From a virus: 64,000 nucleotides of DNA. A model generated the notes under the pieces. It ran no database searches. It was not told the DNA's origin and saw nothing but the letters and a program-made list of their open reading frames with translations. Made by a program: the position numbers and the translations under genes. The stretch spans positions 1-64,000 of the IMG/VR virus record IMGVR_UViG_3300027971_000043. The stretch is one strand, 5' to 3'. This document shows, piece by piece, positions 46,775 through 54,264 of this stretch (position 1 is its first letter; every line of letters starts with the position of its first letter).

Positions 46775-47172
46775 TTATTCGAAACTCCTTTCAATGTATT
46801 CCAATTGTCGCGCCATTTACAGTTAAGTTCAAGATAAATCGACTTTGTACGTGGAAGTTTTTCCCTTGGTATAATAAACAACGCATCCAGAGTTGTGTGG
46901 TAAAATATAAAAATATCGCAGTCTACTTTAGAGTATAACCTTTTTTTCATGTGTCCAAAACCTGGACCTCTTATGGCGAAAAACTTTAATTTCCTGCGTC
47001 GACAATCTTCATTTCCAATAGTAGTTTTAACCTGTACCCGCGCCATATTCCCCTTCCAATCCGTAACTAAATCATACCCGTCATCGTAAATGGGCATACT
47101 CACAAGAAAACCTTGTTCCATCAATTTAGTACAAACCTTCTGTACTCCTATTGCTCCTAGTTTAATACTCAT
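46771..47172 (-). CDS. PD-(D/E)XK endonuclease (PDDEXK_5-like)
   Basis: GFLVSMP...YDLVTD...RVQVKT...DIF. Confidence 0.75.
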   Translation of the reverse strand: MSIKLGAIGVQKVCTKLMEQGFLVSMPIYDDGYDLVTDWKGNMARVQVKTTIGNEDCRRRKLKFFAIRGPGFGHMKKRLYSKVDCDIFIFYHTTLDALFIIPREKLPRTKSIYLELNCKWRDNWNTLKGVSNK

Positions 47173-47711
47173 AACCAGCTCCTTGCGAGCATTGTACACA
47201 ATGGCCGACGCTTGCGATAGACCCCATCCCCATCACGGCTTCCATTATCGTTTGTATTACCCTCTATTGTAACTGCCATTTTACCCTCAATTCGCTCTAT
47301 AAGCCCCGTGTGAGCCACCCTACGCAAGCTTTGGAAGTATATGCCAAAAGCGTCGGCGGGTCCCGGGGTCATGCCTTTACCGCGATCCCAAGTGGGTTTA
47401 ACGACAAAGGATGGACTCCAAGCGGAACGGGGGAATGGATTGGCCTCCTTGCCGAAAGCTTTGTCTCCTACATAGACAACCCAAGCCGCGCACCAAGGAG
47501 CACGACTACCTTCCAGTCCAACTGTGGCTAGGATCTCGTCCACCACGGCCCCGGAGTTTCCGGGTCCTTCTCGAAGTCCGATCGTATTTCTGGCAACTTC
47601 CATAAGGCTTTCCACTCTTGCTCCTCGCGATAATACGACTCCCTGAGCAACTCCCTCTCCGGTACCCAGCAAAGATAGAGATGCCAAAGCCAACGCATGA
47701 ACTATCCGCAT
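47169..47711 (-). CDS. CHAP-domain endolysin with N-terminal signal
   Basis: PWCAAWV, HTGLIE, TIEGNT; hydrophobic N-terminus. Confidence 0.85.
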   Translation of the reverse strand: MRIVHALALASLSLLGTGEGVAQGVVLSRGARVESLMEVARNTIGLREGPGNSGAVVDEILATVGLEGSRAPWCAAWVVYVGDKAFGKEANPFPRSAWSPSFVVKPTWDRGKGMTPGPADAFGIYFQSLRRVAHTGLIERIEGKMAVTIEGNTNDNGSRDGDGVYRKRRPLCTMLARSWL

Positions 47712-48043
47712 AACAGGGCGAAGGCTAAAACGAGTCCTATAAACACGGTGACCAATATGGTCGCTCGCGTCTGACCGTTTAGCTCCCGCCAGTCATCCTC
47801 CAAAGCATTATTATCCATGTACTGGTCTAAAAACTTGAACTCAATATTGATTATTAGCCAAGCTAATGTCACTGCAAAGAGCAACTTAACGCCCGCAAAC
47901 AGAACAACATGAAGGGCTCCAAGGTCTACAACTCCAGCTCCGGGGTCAATAGCGTGAAGGATTGGGCCTAAGGCAAGAAACAAGGCTAAGCCGCACGACA
48001 AAGCGCCCAGTCCTTGGACGTTATCCTTTAGCCACTTTTTCAC
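47702..48043 (-). CDS. Holin-like 3-TM membrane protein
   Basis: Three hydrophobic segments, adjacent to the endolysin. Confidence 0.6.
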   Translation of the reverse strand: MKKWLKDNVQGLGALSCGLALFLALGPILHAIDPGAGVVDLGALHVVLFAGVKLLFAVTLAWLIINIEFKFLDQYMDNNALEDDWRELNGQTRATILVTVFIGLVLAFALLCG

Positions 48044-48433
48044 TTAAAAGAGTTTAAGAAAGGGAAAGAAATTACGCAAGGCCAAAAATGCGGGTAGTAA
48101 GAGCATCCCGCCGATGCCAATCAAACGCCACTTCCACACCATCCCAACGGATTTGCTGTACTTGGCCTCAAGATATTCAAGCCTCTCGGCCATCTCCGAA
48201 CGTTCTTTGAAGTTCTTATCGACCTGAGACTGAAGCTTTAGGATCTGGTCTTTGGTATTGTCCAGCTCATCGGCAACTGGTTTGCAGGCGGGGATTGAAC
48301 GGGCAATCGACTGAGCCTTTAAGACTGAATCAGTTGTGGCCTGAAGGGTGAGTGAACCGGAGGAAGTCGTGCGTGTAGAGATGCACGAACAAAGAAAAAA
48401 TGGAATAACTGCGCAGAAAGAAATTATCCTCAT
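48044..48433 (-). CDS. Candidate unimolecular spanin
   Basis: Lipobox-like FLCSC, coiled coil, C-terminal TM. Confidence 0.55.
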   Translation of the reverse strand: MRIISFCAVIPFFLCSCISTRTTSSGSLTLQATTDSVLKAQSIARSIPACKPVADELDNTKDQILKLQSQVDKNFKERSEMAERLEYLEAKYSKSVGMVWKWRLIGIGGMLLLPAFLALRNFFPFLKLF

Positions 48434-49263
48434 GGCAATCCAAGCCCATCACCAAGAGTGGTTTTGTAAAGCGATCTGATGCTTTCCATATTAGTTGTAG
48501 ATATTGCAGTTGATACCATTGAAAATGCGTATGTGTTTCCAGAGTTACTAGACCCAAAGATATAGAAGTTATCTCCAAATGGATTTGTTGATGGCAAATT
48601 ACCAGACCCAGAGAGTGTCGAGTTTGTCGAGGAATTTAATTTTACATACCCGGTATCTGTTGCTGGTGCGGTAAGTCCAGTCCTAGAGGAGCCAAAGAAT
48701 TGAAAGCCAGAAGCATTGAAAGACAAAGAACCGAAGTCTCTGCCGCCGCTTCCACCAGTTAAATATATTTGACTCTGAGCCAAAAAATTAAATTGCCTTG
48801 CAAATGCTATATAGTTATCTCCTGTTTGATTGCTACCACCACCCTTTAGAACTCCAAAATTTACAGTTCCGCTTGCTGAATTTGAGCAAATAAGAACAGT
48901 TCCATATCCATTGTTTCCCCTAACTAGAGTCGCTAGTGAATTATTCAAAAGCGTTCCTGTTCCAGAAAATGAAACGCCAGTAGTACCCCAAGATGGACTA
49001 GCACTTAATGTTGCATCATAAGTCCCCAACCCACCCAAGCTATATGCAGTCGTTCCAGTTCCAGCATTTTGAGTAGAGCGAAGAGGCCAAGAAACAATGC
49101 TATTGTAAAGCCCCAAATTCTTCAAGCCCTTCACAAACGCATTGATTTGTTCTTGGGCTGTGGCATCTGTAACGCCTGCCCGAGTGAAATACGCAACCGC
49201 GTCTGGATCAAAAGACGAACCAGAAGTTTGCAATAACGATAAACCTAAGCCGAGTTTCGGCAT
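48430..49263 (-). CDS. Putative structural/lectin-like protein
   Basis: MPKLGLGLSL, DPDAVAYF, INAFVKGLK, beta-rich core. Confidence 0.65.
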   Translation of the reverse strand: MPKLGLGLSLLQTSGSSFDPDAVAYFTRAGVTDATAQEQINAFVKGLKNLGLYNSIVSWPLRSTQNAGTGTTAYSLGGLGTYDATLSASPSWGTTGVSFSGTGTLLNNSLATLVRGNNGYGTVLICSNSASGTVNFGVLKGGGSNQTGDNYIAFARQFNFLAQSQIYLTGGSGGRDFGSLSFNASGFQFFGSSRTGLTAPATDTGYVKLNSSTNSTLSGSGNLPSTNPFGDNFYIFGSSNSGNTYAFSMVSTAISTTNMESIRSLYKTTLGDGLGLP

Positions 49264-49269
49264 GGCAGT

Positions 49270-49575
49270 TTATCCTGCCTTGTAGGCTATGACCTTGCTA
49301 TTTGAAGCCAAAGTAAACCCGGTAAACGGTCCGTAAATAATTGTTCCAGCTGTCAAAGCTACAGTGGTTCCAAGGGCACCGACTGTAGAGTTGAGGGCCG
49401 TCAAAGCAGTAAACGTGCTGGTTCCGGAAGCAATAATTTGAATGGAAGCATAGTTCCCAACCACGGCTGCGGTTGTATCAACATAATCAAAACCACGTTG
49501 TCCAAGCGATACAAGCGCGGCATCAGTTTCTTGGGTTACTGAAGGGGCAAGATTTTCATCAAAAAAAGTTGGCAT
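49270..49575 (-). CDS. Small beta-rich virion protein
   Basis: AGTIIYGPFTGFTLAS..VIAY motif. Confidence 0.65.
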   Translation of the reverse strand: MPTFFDENLAPSVTQETDAALVSLGQRGFDYVDTTAAVVGNYASIQIIASGTSTFTALTALNSTVGALGTTVALTAGTIIYGPFTGFTLASNSKVIAYKAG

Positions 49576-49577
49576 AA

Positions 49578-49991
49578 TTAAACTCCTTTAGCGACCAAAA
49601 TTTTAAAAGTGTAGGAACCGGGGTTAACAGACGCAAGAGTAGGGTTTATGGCTCTGACTGTAACTGTATTTGCGGCCGAAACAAAACTGCTAAAAATAAG
49701 AGAGCGAGAGCCGTCTCCTGAACCGCGAATAGAAACGCAATTAACCGAAGTCCAGTCATCTAGTGCAGCTCCCGTAACAGTAACATCGGAATCTAAGAAT
49801 CCACCAGACACCCCAATAGACCCGAAATTAATGCTGGCAGTGGCGGTTAAGAATGCGTTAGCAGCGCCAATATCTGCTGGTGTTAAATTGTTTAAAATTT
49901 GAGTGCTAAAAATAGAAGTAACTTGAGCGGCTAAAACACGGTCAACAGTTGCTACAGCAGAAGCAAAAAAAGGGTTGCGAATTGAATCCAT
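49578..49991 (-). CDS. Small virion protein, largely a stand-alone copy of the fibre C-terminal domain
   Basis: VTGAALDD...FVSAANTVTVRAINPT. Confidence 0.7.
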   Translation of the reverse strand: MDSIRNPFFASAVATVDRVLAAQVTSIFSTQILNNLTPADIGAANAFLTATASINFGSIGVSGGFLDSDVTVTGAALDDWTSVNCVSIRGSGDGSRSLIFSSFVSAANTVTVRAINPTLASVNPGSYTFKILVAKGV

Positions 49992-50002
49992 AAAGTACTC
50001 CT

Positions 50003-50030
50003 ATTGTGTGGTCTTATTTTTATTTGTCAA
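50003..50030 (-). promoter_or_regulatory. sigma70-type promoter
   Basis: TTGACA-16-CACAAT. Confidence 0.65.
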
Positions 50031-50242
50031 CTATGCTTGCCAAAAATCTTTGACCAAAAGAATTCGGCAAAGGTCGAAATCATGAATGTCATTACTGCCA
50101 CGACTCCATATCCCATGTGAATATGCTTCTCCACCTTACCGATTCGTTGGTCGTGCTTATCACGATCGTCAAGCAAGGAATCGAGCTTTTCGTCCATGCG
50201 GGCGGTACGCTCAAGAAGGGTGACTAGATGGTCATTTTCCAT
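50027..50242 (-). CDS. Coiled-coil plus C-terminal TM protein (XhlA/holin-like)
   Basis: ERTARMDEKLD...RIGKVEK followed by a TM segment. Confidence 0.6.
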   Translation of the reverse strand: MENDHLVTLLERTARMDEKLDSLLDDRDKHDQRIGKVEKHIHMGYGVVAVMTFMISTFAEFFWSKIFGKHS

Positions 50243-50495
50243 GACTAAATATCCTATCTAGGGTTGGGTATAACCGTGATTTCATCTTATTGGCAGTATA
50301 GCTCTCAACACCCAACAAAGGCAAGAATAGCTCGAAACAAAGTTCGAACGATTCCCGCTCATAACAGGCTTTGGGCCTGGCGGGTTTCTTGCCGGTGTCA
50401 AGATCCTGGAGATCGTTCCAGGCTTGCTTGACAACCGCCAAGATGAGTTTATCCACGGCTTTACGCCATTTCGTTCTTCGACATTCCTTTTTCAA
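50232..50495 (-). CDS. Hypothetical protein
   Basis: LILAVVKQAWNDL motif. Confidence 0.5.
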   Translation of the reverse strand: MKKECRRTKWRKAVDKLILAVVKQAWNDLQDLDTGKKPARPKACYERESFELCFELFLPLLGVESYTANKMKSRLYPTLDRIFSHGK

Positions 50496-50709
50496 CGGCT
50501 TGAACCATACCCATATCTTCCTCAGGCATTTCGGTTTCAGTTTCTTCTTCGACTTCTTTGCCGGGGGAAACTGCTACACCTTCAACTGCGGAGAGATACA
50601 TGGTAGGTCCTTTAAAAAAGCCGCTGGCCATGAAGTCGAACGAATCGCCTTCAGCAACACCTTCTGGAGGTGTAAAGCCTTTGGGTACGGGAAAAGAGAT
50701 ATTGTCCAT
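50461..50709 (-). CDS. Acidic hypothetical protein
   Basis: FPVPKGFTPPEGV; acidic tail. Confidence 0.65.
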   Translation of the reverse strand: MDNISFPVPKGFTPPEGVAEGDSFDFMASGFFKGPTMYLSAVEGVAVSPGKEVEEETETEMPEEDMGMVQAVEKGMSKNEMA

Positions 50710-50737
50710 AAGATTAGTCTTTCTTGAAAGAGTATGA

Positions 50738-50764
50738 TCCCCCGGGGGATAGAACCCCGGGGGA
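50738..50764 (-). terminator. Hairpin terminator after the capsid operon
   Basis: TCCCCCGGGG / CCCCGGGGGA 10-bp stem; weak U tail. Confidence 0.6.
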
Positions 50765-50772
50765 CCAATTAA

Positions 50773-51024
50773 TTATGAGTTCTGAGCGTTGACGTTATTG
50801 ATCAGGGTGATCAATTCGTTCACCTTAGCAGCAAGCGACTTGAAATTGTTGTTCAAGGTCGTTTGGCTGAAGGTTGCGCCAACGTCGCTAATTGTGTTGC
50901 TCGCGGTGCCGGTAGCGGCAGTCAGAGCCACAGTGTTCGTCCAGTCCGCGCCATTGGCGAGGACGCTACGAATCTGAGCGGCTAGGACATTATCCTGCGT
51001 GCGAACTTGGATGGGGAAGCTCAT
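50773..51024 (-). CDS. Head fibre/decoration protein
   Basis: Follows MCP; NFKSLAAKVNELI coiled coil; strong AAGGAG RBS. Confidence 0.6.
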   Translation of the reverse strand: MSFPIQVRTQDNVLAAQIRSVLANGADWTNTVALTAATGTASNTISDVGATFSQTTLNNNFKSLAAKVNELITLINNVNAQNS

Positions 51025-51045
51025 TTAGAGTTCTCCTTCCTTTAA

Positions 51046-52461
51046 TTAGCTAACGTAGTCAAGGCTGATGGCAGGCCGTGTGTGCAGAACGACATAGCCG
51101 TACTGCGGGAACACGGGCCGAGCGCCACTGGCCAGCACTCCGCGAAAATATCCGACATTGCCGTCCGGATTAAATGCGCGGTCAAGGATGTTAACCCATT
51201 TGAACTCACCACGGTAGTTCTGAGCGTTGAATCCCATTTTGCTGTCAACCGAGATCGCGTTAGGAACCACAGAGCGCATAACATCTTGATGGAAGATGTA
51301 GCTGACTTCATAGGTAGCCGTCTCGTAAGCAGGGTTGATGTTGTACGCCGTACCCTTGGTCGTGGTCTCCCTGCGGAAGGGGAACACGCGGATAAGTGCG
51401 TCGTTAGTCGTATCAAACACGGCGAACCGGGGAGGATACGGATCGATTGAATGGTAGAAACCACCGTAGGAACGCTCAATACCGAGAGGAGTGAGCAATT
51501 CATTCGGCTTGGCATACCGGAAGTCCTGGCGAATGTCAGCATTCAACCGGATCAGGTTTTCGCTGGTTTCAGCACCGCAGATCAACATGAACACCGGAGC
51601 GCCGTTTTCACGGCCCATGGCGTTAGTTCCCGCGCCGTCGCGGATAAGTTTCATGTAGAGCCGCTTCAGAATGCCCTGAGTCAACTGACTCTGTGGGAGA
51701 GCATTGGCAGCAAACGCGCCCGAGTTACAAGTTCCGGTACCAGTGGTAACGGCATTGTAAACGCCAACCAAGTCGGTGGCGCTGATGCTGAAGGAATTCG
51801 TTCCAGTCGAGTTGACAGGAAGAATTCCGATGGTGGAAGCGCTGGGGAGGACGAGGTTACCTTCAGCTGCAACCTGTTCGGTGTACAACTGGCGATAACG
51901 ATCCTGCCAAACCAAGGAGGTCGACTCAGTGAGGACGTCCATGATGTTGGACAGCTGTTCCCGACGTTTCACTGCGAAGCGCAAGTCTTCGAGAGCGATG
52001 TCAGGGGAGTCAACTGATGCCCATTGCAAGCGGTACTGACGAAGCTTTTGACCGAACGAAGCGTTGGTCAAAGGCTGGGGCAGTGCGTTACCAGCAGTGG
52101 ACGAAGGCGAGCTAGAAGACACCGGAGGAGTCGTTCCGCCAGAGATCGTCTGAGTATACGGATTAAATCCAGTATAGGTCTGATCAATAGGGTTCGAGCC
52201 AAGGGTCCGCCAGTTATAACCAGCGTCAGCTGTGATATCACCGGAGGTATAACCGTTAGCAGTGGAGGCTGCAATTGCCCGGGAGGGGTAGAAACGCTCG
52301 AAAGTAACCGAGCTGATCACATCGCCCATCTCCTCGGGGAAGGTTTCTTGCTTGGTGAGCTTGAGCCAAGCGGAAGTGTCAATCGTCCGGCGATAAATTT
52401 CCGGTCCGATACGACCTGCTTCTTTAACAAGAAGCTGCTCAATAGAGTACGTAGTAGCCAT
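51046..52461 (-). CDS. Major capsid protein
   Basis: Position after portal and scaffold, strong codon bias, own promoter and terminator; NYRGEFKWVNI...GYFRG. Confidence 0.85.
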   Translation of the reverse strand: MATTYSIEQLLVKEAGRIGPEIYRRTIDTSAWLKLTKQETFPEEMGDVISSVTFERFYPSRAIAASTANGYTSGDITADAGYNWRTLGSNPIDQTYTGFNPYTQTISGGTTPPVSSSSPSSTAGNALPQPLTNASFGQKLRQYRLQWASVDSPDIALEDLRFAVKRREQLSNIMDVLTESTSLVWQDRYRQLYTEQVAAEGNLVLPSASTIGILPVNSTGTNSFSISATDLVGVYNAVTTGTGTCNSGAFAANALPQSQLTQGILKRLYMKLIRDGAGTNAMGRENGAPVFMLICGAETSENLIRLNADIRQDFRYAKPNELLTPLGIERSYGGFYHSIDPYPPRFAVFDTTNDALIRVFPFRRETTTKGTAYNINPAYETATYEVSYIFHQDVMRSVVPNAISVDSKMGFNAQNYRGEFKWVNILDRAFNPDGNVGYFRGVLASGARPVFPQYGYVVLHTRPAISLDYVS

Positions 52462-52689
52462 ATTAGTATCAATTTCCTTTCATCCTTCCCCCAGCTCGCG
52501 CTAAGGGTCGGTTATGATTTGTAACAACAATGCCAGTTCCTATCGGAACTATCCATCGTCGCCACTGTCAAAACTTTTCCCTGGCGGCATCCCAGAGCTT
52601 TTAATGCCCGAATTCTGCTAGACCGTTTCAATTTTTATAGGTCTTGTTCGGCAAGGGTCTCAATCTTTATACCTGCACCGAACTAGTTA
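52462..52689 (-). ncRNA. Long structured 5' leader of the capsid mRNA
   Basis: About 225 nt with successive stems GTTCGGT/GCCGAAC, AGACC/GGTCT, GGCAT/ATGCC, GCCA/TGGC, TAGTTCC/GGAACTG. Confidence 0.55.
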
Positions 52690-52717
52690 AAAGTATCAAC
52701 CGGATAGAACGTGTCAA
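52690..52717 (-). promoter_or_regulatory. Capsid promoter
   Basis: TTGACA-16-TACTTT. Confidence 0.65.
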
Positions 52718-52731
52718 TACTTTATGCAAAT

Positions 52732-53961
52732 TTATTTTAAGCCACGTTCCAAAGCATCCAAGAAGTTAAGATCGGCTGGCATTTCAGCAGCTGAACCTTT
52801 AGATCTTCCAGAAGATGGGCTAACGGCGCTAAGCTCTTTAGCAAGGTTTTCAAGCTCTGTAATTCTTGCTTGAGACTTGCTTACATAGTCTTGGAATACA
52901 TTCATAACAACTGGCATAGCCGCCGCGCTAAAGGTTAATTTGGCTTTTGAACGGGGGTCGAGTTCGGTATTTTCAATATCCATAGCCTGCTTCTGAATGC
53001 TCTGAATGGTGTTGTTCCACTGTTCATTTCCCTCAATAGGGCGTAAAAGAGCGTTTTCTTTTTGCATGTTTTCCCATTCAGTCTGGTAAGCGGCTTCTAT
53101 TTCGGCTTGTGTTCTCTTTTGAAAAGCTTCATGTTGCTGTCTTTCTTCGGATTCAATCAACTGAAGAACAGTATTAACGTCCTTTGTTAAAATGTCTCTC
53201 CGAGCAAACACTTTGTGAAGGTCTTCGGCTTTGGTTCGGACGGCAAGCGAATCGACTGGGTCAAAGTTGCTGGTGGCTTCTTTAAGCATGGCTCTTCGCT
53301 TGGCCGGGTCAGTTTCTGCCATTGCTACATAAAGATTGCGCGGATCAACGTTTTCGTAAAGAGCGGCAATCTCAGCAACTTCTTTTTGCAAATTCGTTAA
53401 CGGTTCAGTGACGGCTTGTTTATATTCTCGGGTAGACTCAAGTCTGGAAAACTTTAACTCGTTTTCGTACTCATCCCTTTCAGCCTTAAGAGTATCTAAT
53501 TGACTCTGCAAATTTGCCTGTTCAACGGAAGTATTAGAAGAGTCAGTCATTTTTGTTTCCAACTCTTTCAATTTTGTTCGGGCATCTCGCAAGTCTTTTG
53601 TAAGACGCGCCCAAGCAGTTTGAGCTTCAGGTTTTAAATTGTCGGGAGTTTTAATATCTAAGTCATCAGCTGCATCAGTTTTAGCCTGAGAAACAATTTC
53701 TTCTTTACCAGTCAACCGTTTTGTCAATACGTCCAGGGGATTAGTTGTGGTTGAAGCATCCGACTTTTGGAGCGTAACAACTTCCTTACTTTTTGATGGT
53801 TCGGGAGCTACAGCAGCAACGGGTGTAGTTTCCGCAGCCACTGGTTTATCGATGGACTCAAATCCTTTATCCAAAGCATCGGCAAAAGATACAAAATTAT
53901 CTCCTGACGGCGCGGGGGTTGATGCTGGTGCTTCCGGTGTTGCGGTGGCTGTTTCACTCAT
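52732..53961 (-). CDS. Capsid scaffolding protein
   Basis: Low-complexity N-terminus, long coiled coil, between portal and MCP. Confidence 0.7.
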   Translation of the reverse strand: MSETATATPEAPASTPAPSGDNFVSFADALDKGFESIDKPVAAETTPVAAVAPEPSKSKEVVTLQKSDASTTTNPLDVLTKRLTGKEEIVSQAKTDAADDLDIKTPDNLKPEAQTAWARLTKDLRDARTKLKELETKMTDSSNTSVEQANLQSQLDTLKAERDEYENELKFSRLESTREYKQAVTEPLTNLQKEVAEIAALYENVDPRNLYVAMAETDPAKRRAMLKEATSNFDPVDSLAVRTKAEDLHKVFARRDILTKDVNTVLQLIESEERQQHEAFQKRTQAEIEAAYQTEWENMQKENALLRPIEGNEQWNNTIQSIQKQAMDIENTELDPRSKAKLTFSAAAMPVVMNVFQDYVSKSQARITELENLAKELSAVSPSSGRSKGSAAEMPADLNFLDALERGLK

Positions 53962-53973
53962 GGTTTGTTTTCC

Positions 53974-54264
53974 TTATTGGTTTGTGGTTTCTATTTTAGT
54001 TTCCCAGGGTTCTGGTAATTCGTCCTTCTGGACAAAATCTTCCGACAAAGAATTTAATACTCGGATAACTTCAAAATAACCTTCTCTACGCGCATTTAAA
54101 GTCGCGTTCCAATCAATAAAGTCTACTCCAACGGGAGGCATAGTTGGGATTGGAGTCCCAAGATTTGTTAAAACTTTTGCTAACGCTTCACCGGCTTCAG
54201 AGCGACGAAAAGTTTTCCAAGCAATTTTAAAATCGTCTCGTTTGTTCCAGTCGTTTAATGTCAT
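53974..54264 (-). CDS. Small protein after portal (Bbp19-like position)
   Basis: NARREGY motif; synteny. Confidence 0.6.
   Translation of the reverse strand: MTLNDWNKRDDFKIAWKTFRRSEAGEALAKVLTNLGTPIPTMPPVGVDFIDWNATLNARREGYFEVIRVLNSLSEDFVQKDELPEPWETKIETTNQ

Noticed and set aside
51082-52524. Three long + strand ORFs antisense to the capsid gene
   Set aside because: Shadow frames expected from strong codon bias; no RBS or recognisable motifs
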